Shown one piece after another: positions 33,601-42,381 of a DNA stretch of 64,000 bases. Position numbers and translations under genes: made by a program. The notes beneath the pieces were generated by a model. It did no database searches, had not been told where the DNA came from, and was given only the letters and a program-made list of their open reading frames with translations. Numbering within the stretch: the stretch's first letter is position 1; each line of letters opens with the position of its first letter. The stretch is from a virus: IMG/VR virus record IMGVR_UViG_3300025695_001209, positions 1 to 64,000 of that record; one strand, written 5' to 3'.

Positions 33601-34091
33601 ATCATCTCAATATCCACTTGAGGTATATACGACGCATTGTTTTTAATGTTAATACTTGTAATACCTAAAAGTTGAGTATCTTGTGAATTGTTAACTACCG
33701 AACCCTCTTCAGTAATCCTTGTTTGATTGATACCATTACCATTTAATGAGTTCTGACCAGTTAATTGGTCTGTATATGAGGTATCTAAATACTTTTTACC
33801 CTGTGGTTTTAAAAAGTTTACCTTACCATCTTCATTACCCCCAAAGTTCGCAATTTTTAAATTTTTACCCATTTGGTCAGTATTCTCACCTAAAGCTAGC
33901 TTGGTTCTTGGTATCATTTTAGCCTCCAAATTCGCATACATTACTAAGTTCTCATGCTGAACTAATCTTTCAATTTGTTTACCGTCCGAGTCAAGGACCT
34001 TATTAGGGTCAACTAAGACAATATTATCAAATTGGTCAAAGGCTATTTTTTCACCCCCGTAAAAACTTCTGAAATTCTTATTAACGGCCAT
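27618..34091 (-). CDS. Baseplate hub / central spike-associated protein (gp27 / late control D-like) with C-terminal lysozyme-fold (GH73-like) domain
   Basis: 2157 aa. GNMMIQP...FTGPYWITDVSHSISPGNFMTTFSGVR is a hub C-terminal pattern. After a T/N-rich linker, WIENG...NGNLGNL...ASFSDWKKSM resembles glucosaminidase motifs. Confidence 0.6.
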   Translation of the reverse strand: MAVNKNFRSFYGGEKIAFDQFDNIVLVDPNKVLDSDGKQIERLVQHENLVMYANLEAKMIPRTKLALGENTDQMGKNLKIANFGGNEDGKVNFLKPQGKKYLDTSYTDQLTGQNSLNGNGINQTRITEEGSVVNNSQDTQLLGITSINIKNNASYIPQVDIEMIDVQGRTLFELGENSPYSAFLQMPYPLFFLTVKGFYGKAVRYELMMKSFNARFDPTDGNYKVSVSFIGRTAAILSDLSIGALFALPHMYETNLLVDSNEDPSDYNGDLTSLNKVLGTQDLAQIAQNAAGNSEVSTKPIVVTRGSKVISDVYSTYISKGLIDESIPRLNLSELGSRLNGLEDFIRQQFSKEDLSVLNDIDLYRKTIRSYREYITVFRSKRWPFEYLDTTKTFIDKKGNVFYGLKKGANGLQQQKDAEAQLVAKINEFNEKLLTNATFGEDGEYTILGKKQSSDIPVTISSNDLKFDLVYENVDIEKTFQRQKNATPTESELAAFNIETTSYFELQNKYLNKDLTVDEELSSQFYGFGQVTNKKETLSGSFLSKIDKIERIFTDKSETIQKELSTALAQKVESPDGGLGFRPTIRNVMGMLMANVDAFYRLMDEVHRDAWNVKDDPIRQDVIVNEQTSNGVDSKDTVLSTTDNDKTIYPWPQYFESEIDEDGNEKYVVKYIGDPKIEFKTKAYLFDKWPEVKFIEEFIKGKLQKREEQKSANYTNQKKEIKTIPVNPTEFPFNNIPYTNLSEVNFLYELWERTLLSSNYTKIYRKKESSQNLYQVTADFETITIKNAIESDPYLKMKLKRLGLSSSNFESVLSHISNNGTGELWNTYLADVFVTPYIRAYDERLYGLYSLFEYEDDSPVIDVSDDGKNKMREFLKSSSETDALSFTDVYPLTDLTWLRNNVSKGNAIPNADQANSTTHSMFFSDSKMTITSFNENNLFNDFSDTPSLVRSWVNNTDDTINIPSYTSIKTKFDNTITNNDYYATEGKIDYGNDYSGFTSRYQTTSLLNTPYFINSITNSVENKKNNIDNPYVSMGYMYLNSLPLQTLKEKINHGDSKPDDDYNFAIYNKFGALHKMPYAWVVKYGSVWHRYKKFINDGIDILDDVWTSVDEDDLYGPLSGVPNPSTVYKIPKYGDTTTLDYVLNTNFLLPSVSSTPSYLDLSNVGFYPKIVNSVNYLFGYDEFITGTTQQDFTNYNQGKTNFDGNGLKIATNSDSIINVSSGNTTYNISSYYAFYDKPKTYDVTNTPKVLCYPSAGGGNFNQYQFEVIDKLGKISGEPIRQSLYDGSIKTIWGGSHYGYFDASLLKKPTYRQYIKTIDITSNNQTAFNLESVSEYSTIEEILAVFNESIMDSFEEEFLNFCKDPNRDVDNVDIKGKVEEKPNLINSLRDIFFVERPNLTGQGDLDGVLIAEKQMTGLRDSVKVLLNKTYIFKQGNPSNFNRRSWYSFTDDPQYQTQNQKIEFGNYVNDSLPEMGNTTTVAISESQYPDAWTALRLSVGEYDADGMSYSDSGSTITDFFVEMNIEFTANNVRTLAPIIQIYSTQKYQDSTMTDTQFMSLFNEYLTLMDNSQRKVQNNLFTKLNKDLPKITEESENLKSSMNGDVAKLELYEFFKVLNDKWIAGGDFQNRTLFEDFLFLDKANRDIGDKLIVDISSLMGFINDKSASNSIYTLIGHLIKGNNMLFMALPSYTNFYGVNEPAKDAKPEEGFESSASDVFGTFLEVDHNKSRPRFLCLYTDKVSEHLKQPENTDYRFGDDSFDIYKAQVLRENQTNKTDYASSNKVVGFNVDFGVRNQGIFKSVSLDQSQYKDTSESFRILTDMANQSKGSKTSQQSTSLYNIYKNRSYNCQITSMGNMMIQPTMYFNLRYVPMFTGPYWITDVSHSISPGNFMTTFSGVRISKYSFPSVTDLTMSVNIDMLKRINSSYKKPKTNNTTTETTQNTGNNVSSAGSTVALNEVDSSFCTPYTDYAGLSYVPLRDETLSYGNIGNYVKTLSLNQNDNDVRRLIGVIPWIENGFNSGTVNFKNGNLGNLTTNKKIRGLNISDLEGQVCVSSNGKNIPIASFSDWKKSMDGIKASFNTPSVYNDMSQIGSAQYVNKNEELYAKIYIKYYYSQISSDTEFNRIITNPTNQNEKDIKQRYEEVTPIFDKAIKWYASTQ

Positions 34092-34398
34092 AGTAATAGA
34101 AGTGTGTGTCTAAAGTGTTTTTATAATCTTGTAATGATTGTACCAATGGAAATGGAATTATCAATACGGACCCATCTGGAATATCTTTTTCTAAACTACC
34201 GTGCTGTGGGTTGGCCATTTGTATTAACCACCCAAAGTAAGGTGTCTGATAAAACTCAAAACTAATTTTATCTAATCTACTCACATCTGCTTTATAAACA
34301 TACCTCTTATCTGTAGTTTTTGAAGGCAAAACTATATTTGGTACAACAGTTTGTTGTCCATTCAATAAAAACTTCTGATATCTATCGTAATACCTCAT
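34081..34398 (-). CDS. LysM-like baseplate wedge protein (T4 gp53 / P2 gpX-like)
   Basis: RLDKISFEFYQTPYFGWLIQMANP...IPDGSVLIIP. Confidence 0.8.
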   Translation of the reverse strand: MRYYDRYQKFLLNGQQTVVPNIVLPSKTTDKRYVYKADVSRLDKISFEFYQTPYFGWLIQMANPQHGSLEKDIPDGSVLIIPFPLVQSLQDYKNTLDTHFYYYGR

Positions 34399-37300
34399 TA
34401 TTGTAGTTTTACTTTATTATTCCATTTAGTTAGGTCACCTTCGTTATTACCCGAATATAGTTTTTGTATTTTTTCGGTATCAGTATTAGGTGGTGTTGGG
34501 TTATTAGTAAATGTAAATTCCCTTACTTTATCTTTTGTGTAAGGTATATCTCTAAATTCACTTGTTGAGTCAACCTTATCATTATACGATTCAAATAGTT
34601 TATTAATTTCAGTCCGTGCCTTTTCAAAGTCTTTTAACCCATTATTAACGTTATTAGTTATATTAGTTATCCATTCTTTTGGATTTTTAAAATTATTTTC
34701 TTTAACTAACTTTGTTAACTCTTCAATTAAGGTAACACTATTATCTAAAATATACCTATAGAATGTTAAGTAATATCTTTTAAGTGGTTCATCAGTAAAA
34801 TCAGAAACCATTATCGTCATACTTAAATCTTTTTGGTACACATTATTTGAATTTTCAGGTGCTAATATTTCAAAACTATTACCATTAACAGTATAAACTT
34901 TTTCCCCATTAATAGAGTATAGTTTGTTTAACTTATCACTAATAATTTTTAAGTCTCCTCGTAGTTCATCCAACGTGTCAGTATAGTTTGTCGATGGATA
35001 CACTTGTGTTGTCGCAGTTAAATCATAAATTACTGTTTTATCTGATTGTATAAACCCATCAATTTCTTCATTGACAACATTCATCTTATCTATTATCCTG
35101 GTTAACTCTAACTCATAAGTTGTTAATGTTTGTAAATCAACAACCATTTCTGACTCAAAATTACTTTGTAATCTATTAATAATTTCCTTTAGTTTTCTAT
35201 CGTATTTTTTTACGTCTTTATTTTTAAAACTATTACTATTACTAAAAGTTTTATTTAGACCCGCAAACTGTAAAGGGTGTACATCATTATCGACATCATC
35301 AATAGCTTTACTAAACTGATATTGTATTTTATCAACTAACTTTTCTGATTTACCGAAAATCTTAGTGTTATTACCAATTATATCACCCTCAACATATTTC
35401 ATGTCTTTAGTAAATAACCTCAGTCCAATCTCCCCGTAACTCTCAGCAACACACTGTAATGTTGGACCTACAGAGTCCCTATATGTCTCATACTTAACTA
35501 TTAAATCATTCATTATAGATTTATAGTTAATAACACCAGTAATCGATGTCCCTGAGTTTGATAACACTTGACTTGTTATTTCACCAATAGTTGACCCCCC
35601 ATCTTTAGCATCCACACCACTAACATCATTTATACTAAATGGTACTTCTGGTAATATCGATAATAACGAAGGTAGAGTTTCAGCGTCTTCTGGTACGACA
35701 GACCTCTCATCATACATCTCAGTATTTGCATAATAATTGAATGATAGAGCGTTTTGTAATCTATCAATAGGACCTTTTAATCCGTGTCCACCGATAAAAT
35801 AAAAAGATAACGTAACATCCGCAATCATCGGTTGTACACCAATACCTTCAGGATTAAGGTCTAACACTAATGGGTCGTACCTAACACTCATTTGATTAAT
35901 AGCTATTTTTGTGTGAAAGAAGTCACCTACCCTTAATACACATATTGGTGGTGAACCGAATGACGTGTTTAACGCATTATTTTCCAAAGGTTGACCATCA
36001 GGCCCAATTGTTGGTATTGTGTCACCAGGTCTCATACATTGTTGTAAGAATGTAAGTCTGGTGTTTAACCCTTCTGGTGTCATTGAATGGAATGTTGGGT
36101 TAAAGTATTTAATCTTTTCTTTAATACCTTCATATAAGAAAGAGGTATCTTCTGACATTGCCTCAAAATAATCACACTCTGAAAGTAATTTTCTCAATAC
36201 TTTTTTAGTGATTCCTTCACGTATCGATATCTCATCAGTCGTTCTAGGAGCTCCTTTACCTTTTTCAATTACAGGTACTTTATCAACCACAGTATCAACT
36301 TTAACAATGTCCTCGTCCGTTGGTTCTTTTTCTTCAATCGGAGGTGCAGTCAATTCAATTGACTTAATCGTAGTTCTACGACATGCCATAGCATCTATTG
36401 AATAAATTTTAGCAACTTCATCTGTGATTTCTTTAGAGCAATCAACACCGTCAATTGTTGTTTCTTCACCTGTGAAATCTCTTTGGATACCAATTAAACC
36501 ATTTTCATTAAGTTTTTTTATTCTCGAGTCATTCAATATTTGTTGTTCAACTGAATCGACCCTTCTTTTAGATAAATTAACATTATAACTTTTATCATTT
36601 GGTGACGACGCAGAACCGGTTAATTTTATCTGAACTCTATATTTGTTAGTTGCAACTTCAACTAACTTATCAATTAACGAATCGAGTTGTGTTTTTCCCG
36701 CTTTAATATTATTATCAAAGAAGGTTTGAACCTGTTGTTTTTGACCTATTGAGTCAGATTGTGTCAAGTACTCACTTTCAAGTGCAAGATAATTGTTATA
36801 AGTGGTATTATATGGTACTGATGATGTAACACCTCGTGACCTTGAGTCTGGCTTATCGTTATGGAAATACAACTTAGTACCCTCAAACTGTGATAAGTCA
36901 GGTTTCTGAGGTGTTTCTGTCGTAACATTATCGGGTTCGGGGTTTTGTCTTGGTACCTCAACAAAGGACTCTCTAAATACATCAGGATTGTTTGTTTTAC
37001 TGACAACTTCATATATGTCATTAAAACTTAATTGACCATATTTTCTTGCCAGTTCGTAAATATCCATTGTCTTACAACCAGCAAAGAAACTATCAACAAT
37101 TTTAGTAACCTGTGAGTCGGGAGTGACATTAGCTAACTCTTTATCTACTAAAGTGTTTAAAACTGAAGGGTGGTCCACTAAGATTTTAAACGATATTGAA
37201 CCTTGTCTTTGAGTATTAGAATACGTATATATTGGTTCAGGTCGACCTAAAAAGTCATTAGATGTCCAACTGGCACTAACACTTTCATCAACACTTAAAT

Positions 37301-39008
37301 TATACGGTGGAAACCACATTACTCTACCCCCATTTGGTCCTTTCTCACACTCAGCTAAATCTTGAGTCATATTGGACGTTCTCCAAGCTAAATTCTCAAT
37401 AGACAACATATATTTAGTGATATTCTCACCATCTTTAGTACCAAAGTTCGTTGGTACTCCCCCTGATTTTTGTGGGGCAATATTTAAATTATATGTATTA
37501 TCCAAGACAGAGTTCGTAAATTTACGTATATTACCATCTCTTTTTTGTAGGTCTGCCATTGTATAGTATGGTGTGTCTTTTGTAAAGACACGACAATATT
37601 CCTCACCAACAAAAGCACCGTTTTCATTAACGTATCTTTTAACTCTCGAACCTTTCGTTATTTCACGTGTCCCATCGAAAAATACTTTTGAAACTTGATT
37701 AATCGCAGTACCAACATGACTTAATCTGGCTTGACCTTGTAATCCATCGGCCGAATCAACTAACCTTTGAGTGTCGTCTAAAATTGAACCCTCAGTTAAA
37801 TTAAAACCGTTTGATGACGATGAATTAAATTGAGAACTAATAGGTTGAAATCCTGGGTCACTACCTTTTATATCTCCACCTCCACCTACTTTTTTTCCAG
37901 CTGCTTTACTACTATCAGGTGACACCCATGTGAACCCTCCTTGTATGTCAGGATTATCACTTGGTTCAACAGTATTAAGACCAAACTTAAACTGATTACC
38001 CTCGTATAATGTTGCTAACTCACCATAACCTCTAACTGCCGTCTGTACTCTATTACCGTCCATATCAACAGGTAACTCGTTAGGTGGTGCAATAATATCA
38101 TTAGGGTCTTGAGTTCGTTTACCAACATAGTAGTTACCATTAGGGGCCAGTAAGTTAAGGTCCGAAATAAAATTACCCTTATAATCAGGTCTAAATCTAT
38201 TATACTCTAAAGACTTAAACATTGTGGATGTTTGACCTCGTCCTGTATTATTAAGGAATATATCGGAACCATTCTTTTTTTCAGGTAATAATTTACCTCC
38301 ACCAAATAAATTAGATACGGCATTTACAGCTAAATTAGTGTAAACCTTTTTACCTTCGAAATAATCACCAGGTATCCAAGAAAACGGAACATAAACACCC
38401 GTTATTCTACTTATGAAATCTAAACCTTTACCAACGATATTTGTAGGTGAAGATATTGTCCAATCAGGCTCGATTAGTTCTTGTCGACCAGTTAGTATAT
38501 CTGCAGCAATAAAAGGGTCTTTTAATGCATTAAGAAAGTTTGCTCGACCCAACGTCTCTTGTCTTATTTCTTCATCGACACGATACTGAAATTCATCCTT
38601 CAATGATTTAGCACCAATTTGAATCATTGCAGAATCTTGAGTCAATGAACCATTAGTACCTTCTGGGTCATCATTTAATAGAATACTTGCACTCGTATAA
38701 CTTGAAGAGACAAACTTATAATACGTTTCCCTTGTTGAAACTAATTTTTGGACGTCCTGAACAGTATACCTGTCATCGTAACCCCCTTCAGGACCATATT
38801 GGTTTTGTAGAAATAATTTAACTTCCTCAACATCCCCAATATTCTCAACCTCATCACTGTCAGTGACAGTGTAGTTTGAAAGTATTAACTCAGACTGACC
38901 TGGATTTGTAGAAGGTGAAAAACCATCACTATTAAAAGGTGGTAGGTTTTTGACCAACAGTTTTTTTCTGAAGTCTTCTGTGGAATTAAATGATAATGGA
39001 CTTGGCAT
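34398..39008 (-). CDS. Tail tube-initiator / baseplate protein with inserted OmpA-like peptidoglycan-binding domain
   Basis: 1536 aa. WTSNDFLGRPEPIYTYSNTQRQGSISF and PPICVLRVGDFF...QPMIADVTLSF (tube-initiator-like halves) flank LYFHND...LTGSASS...YNVNLSKRRVDSV...ACRRT (OmpA_C-like). Directly follows the tape measure gene. Confidence 0.65.
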   Translation of the reverse strand: MPSPLSFNSTEDFRKKLLVKNLPPFNSDGFSPSTNPGQSELILSNYTVTDSDEVENIGDVEEVKLFLQNQYGPEGGYDDRYTVQDVQKLVSTRETYYKFVSSSYTSASILLNDDPEGTNGSLTQDSAMIQIGAKSLKDEFQYRVDEEIRQETLGRANFLNALKDPFIAADILTGRQELIEPDWTISSPTNIVGKGLDFISRITGVYVPFSWIPGDYFEGKKVYTNLAVNAVSNLFGGGKLLPEKKNGSDIFLNNTGRGQTSTMFKSLEYNRFRPDYKGNFISDLNLLAPNGNYYVGKRTQDPNDIIAPPNELPVDMDGNRVQTAVRGYGELATLYEGNQFKFGLNTVEPSDNPDIQGGFTWVSPDSSKAAGKKVGGGGDIKGSDPGFQPISSQFNSSSSNGFNLTEGSILDDTQRLVDSADGLQGQARLSHVGTAINQVSKVFFDGTREITKGSRVKRYVNENGAFVGEEYCRVFTKDTPYYTMADLQKRDGNIRKFTNSVLDNTYNLNIAPQKSGGVPTNFGTKDGENITKYMLSIENLAWRTSNMTQDLAECEKGPNGGRVMWFPPYNLSVDESVSASWTSNDFLGRPEPIYTYSNTQRQGSISFKILVDHPSVLNTLVDKELANVTPDSQVTKIVDSFFAGCKTMDIYELARKYGQLSFNDIYEVVSKTNNPDVFRESFVEVPRQNPEPDNVTTETPQKPDLSQFEGTKLYFHNDKPDSRSRGVTSSVPYNTTYNNYLALESEYLTQSDSIGQKQQVQTFFDNNIKAGKTQLDSLIDKLVEVATNKYRVQIKLTGSASSPNDKSYNVNLSKRRVDSVEQQILNDSRIKKLNENGLIGIQRDFTGEETTIDGVDCSKEITDEVAKIYSIDAMACRRTTIKSIELTAPPIEEKEPTDEDIVKVDTVVDKVPVIEKGKGAPRTTDEISIREGITKKVLRKLLSECDYFEAMSEDTSFLYEGIKEKIKYFNPTFHSMTPEGLNTRLTFLQQCMRPGDTIPTIGPDGQPLENNALNTSFGSPPICVLRVGDFFHTKIAINQMSVRYDPLVLDLNPEGIGVQPMIADVTLSFYFIGGHGLKGPIDRLQNALSFNYYANTEMYDERSVVPEDAETLPSLLSILPEVPFSINDVSGVDAKDGGSTIGEITSQVLSNSGTSITGVINYKSIMNDLIVKYETYRDSVGPTLQCVAESYGEIGLRLFTKDMKYVEGDIIGNNTKIFGKSEKLVDKIQYQFSKAIDDVDNDVHPLQFAGLNKTFSNSNSFKNKDVKKYDRKLKEIINRLQSNFESEMVVDLQTLTTYELELTRIIDKMNVVNEEIDGFIQSDKTVIYDLTATTQVYPSTNYTDTLDELRGDLKIISDKLNKLYSINGEKVYTVNGNSFEILAPENSNNVYQKDLSMTIMVSDFTDEPLKRYYLTFYRYILDNSVTLIEELTKLVKENNFKNPKEWITNITNNVNNGLKDFEKARTEINKLFESYNDKVDSTSEFRDIPYTKDKVREFTFTNNPTPPNTDTEKIQKLYSGNNEGDLTKWNNKVKLQ

Positions 39009-39053
39009 CTATTTTAGTTTACTATATAAATAGACGAATTACTTATTTTATGA

Positions 39054-40868
39054 TTAATAAGTACTCCCTTGTCTAGCGATTTCTTGTTGTATCATATTAG
39101 TTAAGTTCCTTAACGCAGTAGGGTCAGTTTGTAAAGATTGAATAGACATACCATTACCTTGTAATTGTATCGTCCCTGTGTGATTCACATTTAAGTCTTC
39201 ATGTTGTTGTATTGCTGTCTCAACTTTCATTGGGGTAGTAGTCGTGATTTCAGATATATTAACAGGTTGTAGACTCAATGGTGAAACACTACTACTTTGT
39301 ACTGATTGTGGTTGAAATGACGATGATTGTGGTTGAAATGAAGCTGATTGTGGTTGGGATGAAGCTGATTGTGTACTTCCCGATTGTCTATTAAATAAAC
39401 CACCACCTATATTGTTAGTATTGAAAGATGGAAGACCAAGTAAACTACCTGAAGTCAAATTTGCAAATTTATTAAACGCATCTGCCATTAATTTACCTAA
39501 ATCCGTAACTCCACCTTGTGCGTACGTATCAAATGCCGTTGCAAATGCTTCTCCTGCAGAAACAAACACCCTATTACTTTCGTCAAACACTTTTTGAACA
39601 TTTTCAGGAGTAACTACTTTAGCAAGTGATTTACTCATCATTTCAGCGGTTGTTTTTAATCTTCCAGTAACTTCATCAAATTGACTTGACGACGCGATTG
39701 ATGCAGTTACTGCCCTTGCAGGTTGGGAAAGTGTTTTTTCAATATCTTCTAAAACCGTCAGTTGCTCTTTGGCAATATCTTTTGCACTCAACTGGTTTTT
39801 TTGAAAATTGTCTTTTAACGACGCAATCTCATTAGTGGTTAAATCAGTAGCCGACTTTAATTCATCTTGACCAGGTATTTTGAATTTTAATTCCCCACCC
39901 TCAAATTGACCAACATTAGATAAGAACTCTTTAGTATCATCATCATAGTTACTACTAAAATCTAATTGAGATAAGGCTTCTTGTTTTTGTGCAGATTTAA
40001 TAGCGGTAGTAGATAATTCTTCATAAGACATATTAAGAGCCTTTGCCTGTGCCCTTAATCTCCTCATTTCAGTCGCGGAAAGACTAAAACTACCCGTGGT
40101 TTCATTAAACGAAACTGTGGACGCAGCTGCTTTAACAATCGATTCTTGAAGACCATCGATATCATTTTGAGCCATATTCATCAATTGGAAGGGGTCCGCC
40201 AATGCACCAACAGCACCTCCTAACATTTGAAATTCCGAAGCTAAATTAATTGCCTCACTAGGGTCCAATAAATTACCCGCCAATGCTGTGACATCAGCCA
40301 TATTTATTCTCAGAGCTTGTGAACGAGCAACCATATTAGTAAATCCTTCCACACCATTTTTAAAGTTGTAGGAATTCATTAGTTTAATGTTTGCACCCAC
40401 AGTCTTTAAGAACTGTCCCGTATTTAACCCTAACTGAGATGCTCGTTTACGAGATAATTCTATTTGTTCAGCAGCTTGTGTTGGCCCAACACCTATTGAA
40501 TCAAATCCCTCGACTAAGGAACCCATTTCTTCGGCAGTTAAATTAGCCGCCCTTTGTATAGCAACAAGACTCTCTAATTGTTGGTTAGTTAAATATACGT
40601 TTTTTTGTAGTGAAGTGGCAATTGAACTATACACAGAACCAACCTCACTTGCTGAGACCCCTAAGTCTGCCATATTAGCAGCCGCTTGTCCAATTTCTAT
40701 TCTGATTTCAGCGGCAGACCTAGCTCCCTGACCAAACACATCTGAGGAAACTGACTTAGCTACTTTATCGAACTCTAAAATTGCAGATTGTAGTTGTGTA
40801 TACGCTTGAGTTGCGTTTTGAAACGCCCCACTTAAATCCGTAGCACCACCTGTGTCTTGTAAAAACAT
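39054..40868 (-). CDS. Tape measure protein
   Basis: 604 aa, Ala/Gln/Ser-rich helical composition, canonical position after tube and chaperone genes. Confidence 0.75.
   Translation of the reverse strand: MFLQDTGGATDLSGAFQNATQAYTQLQSAILEFDKVAKSVSSDVFGQGARSAAEIRIEIGQAAANMADLGVSASEVGSVYSSIATSLQKNVYLTNQQLESLVAIQRAANLTAEEMGSLVEGFDSIGVGPTQAAEQIELSRKRASQLGLNTGQFLKTVGANIKLMNSYNFKNGVEGFTNMVARSQALRINMADVTALAGNLLDPSEAINLASEFQMLGGAVGALADPFQLMNMAQNDIDGLQESIVKAAASTVSFNETTGSFSLSATEMRRLRAQAKALNMSYEELSTTAIKSAQKQEALSQLDFSSNYDDDTKEFLSNVGQFEGGELKFKIPGQDELKSATDLTTNEIASLKDNFQKNQLSAKDIAKEQLTVLEDIEKTLSQPARAVTASIASSSQFDEVTGRLKTTAEMMSKSLAKVVTPENVQKVFDESNRVFVSAGEAFATAFDTYAQGGVTDLGKLMADAFNKFANLTSGSLLGLPSFNTNNIGGGLFNRQSGSTQSASSQPQSASFQPQSSSFQPQSVQSSSVSPLSLQPVNISEITTTTPMKVETAIQQHEDLNVNHTGTIQLQGNGMSIQSLQTDPTALRNLTNMIQQEIARQGSTY
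39292..39372 (-). repeat. 21-nt coding tandem repeat (7 aa, QSASSQP/QSASFQP/QSSSFQP) in the tape measure C-terminus
   Basis: tgattgtggttgaaatga-like units repeated 3-4 times. Confidence 0.8.
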
Positions 40869-40896
40869 TTAAATTACTTTTATTATAAATACCTTA

Positions 40897-41046
40897 TCAA
40901 GACTTTTGTCTACGCTTTTCGTTTAAGTTTTCCATATCTGTAACAAATTTATTTATGAAATATTTTCTTTCAAAGGTAGGCATTTTGAGCACATCTGAGT
41001 ATGAGAAACCTAATTCCTTAACGGAATAGTAAATCTCATCGAGCAT
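40897..41046 (-). CDS. Tail/baseplate assembly chaperone, downstream part (T4 gp51-like), possibly expressed by frameshift fusion
   Basis: 49 aa, below the ORF-track cutoff: MLDEIYYSVKELGFSYSDVLKMPTFERKYFINKFVTDMENLNEKRRQKS. Carries an MPxFERxY motif. Its frame is open back into the upstream gene. Confidence 0.75.
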   Translation of the reverse strand: MLDEIYYSVKELGFSYSDVLKMPTFERKYFINKFVTDMENLNEKRRQKS

Positions 41047-41059
41047 AGCTTGCCTATAA

Positions 41060-41809
41060 TCAGAAGAAAGGACGAAAAAACTCCCCCCCGAAGGTTATAC
41101 GTGTAGTAACCTTTTCTCCTGACGGGGCAGTGAAAACACGAGTCAAGTCTAATCTTGGTTCCGCACCTTCCATTGTTTTTTTAATATGTTTAGAGTCCGC
41201 TATTGGTAAATTAACAATATTAGATGATATTTCAGCCATATCTTTTGAACCATCAAATTCAACAATCACTCTCTCAAGACGTTTGGTGACGACAGGCGCA
41301 ACCACACCCTCAGGATATGAGTCCATCATTTTTTGAAGATTTTGTATGTCTTTTTGATTTAACAATCTACATTTAACCATCTTTTTACTAACGGGTAACA
41401 TAATTTCAAAAAGACCTTCTGAATTAGGCTCAATAGTCACAGGATTAACAGAGATTGAATCTAAAGTAATAGTAGTTTCAAAATCTTTTAGTGTCTTTGG
41501 GTCCTTCATGTTAAAGGTATAATTACTACCAAATGAAGTGTTTCTTAAAAATATAAGGATTGCCTCTACATCACACTCCAATAACTCCATTGGGTCAAAA
41601 TTAGGTTCATATATTTTATTCCGCAAAAGAGTCATAATAACATTATCAGTTTGTCTTTGACCTAACAGTGTGTTTTCATCTTGTGCAGTTAAATAACCAA
41701 CTTTAATGGATGATTTACCATTCGAATAGAATTTACCTTTTGAAGGTAGTTCAACTACGTCATGTGGTAAATTAAAATCTTGTTGTCCGTATTGTGCTGA
41801 TGTATCCAT
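41060..41809 (-). CDS. Tail/baseplate hub assembly chaperone (T4 gp26-like)
   Basis: VELPSKGKFY, LTAQDENTL, DVEAILIFLRNTSFG, LPVSKK, C-terminal EFFRPFF. Lies between tube and tape measure genes. Confidence 0.75.
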   Translation of the reverse strand: MDTSAQYGQQDFNLPHDVVELPSKGKFYSNGKSSIKVGYLTAQDENTLLGQRQTDNVIMTLLRNKIYEPNFDPMELLECDVEAILIFLRNTSFGSNYTFNMKDPKTLKDFETTITLDSISVNPVTIEPNSEGLFEIMLPVSKKMVKCRLLNQKDIQNLQKMMDSYPEGVVAPVVTKRLERVIVEFDGSKDMAEISSNIVNLPIADSKHIKKTMEGAEPRLDLTRVFTAPSGEKVTTRITFGGEFFRPFF

Positions 41810-41821
41810 ATTTTTTATATT

Positions 41822-41854
41822 AAAAAAACCATAGAAGATATACTCCTATGGTTT
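41822..41854 (-). terminator. Terminator after the tail tube gene
   Basis: AAACCATAG...CTATGGTTT inverted repeat with a U-tract on the minus strand. Confidence 0.65.
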
Positions 41855-41892
41855 AATTATAGTTGAACTGATTTTTTCGTAAATAGTATTTC

Positions 41893-42381
41893 TTAATAAA
41901 CTAAAACACATCTATCTGGACGTAATGTCGCAGTTATAGTCGCAACACCATCATCAGAATAACCAAGTGAATCAAAATTCACATCAGTTAAGAATGTCCC
42001 TTGTAATATCCACTTTTCAACCGCCACACCTGTTGGGTCTAACATCTCTAAGTTAATATTTTTCTTATATCCCGCAGCATATCCCATACGACCAGTTACT
42101 GATTCAGCATGTAGACGAACCCACTCCATCAACGCTTGAGACGCAGAAGGACCAATAGGGTCACGGAATGTTACGTTTAATGTACTCCAAGTAAATCTAC
42201 CTGCAACATATGTCGAAGTATTCAAAAATGGTACTTCAACCGGATTAATCGATACTTGAGGACGTGAAGTTGACTCTACGTACCAAGAGTTGATACCTAA
42301 CGATGAATCGAAAGTCATTATGAACCTATTTTTTCTTTTTGGTTCGTAAGGTACCGGCATTTTCATTAATAAATCAGCCAT
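41893..42381 (-). CDS. Tail tube protein (T4 gp19-like)
   Basis: EPKRKNRF, YVAGRFTWSTLNVTFRD, YKKNINLEMLDPTGVAVEKWILQG. Confidence 0.9.
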   Translation of the reverse strand: MADLLMKMPVPYEPKRKNRFIMTFDSSLGINSWYVESTSRPQVSINPVEVPFLNTSTYVAGRFTWSTLNVTFRDPIGPSASQALMEWVRLHAESVTGRMGYAAGYKKNINLEMLDPTGVAVEKWILQGTFLTDVNFDSLGYSDDGVATITATLRPDRCVLVY

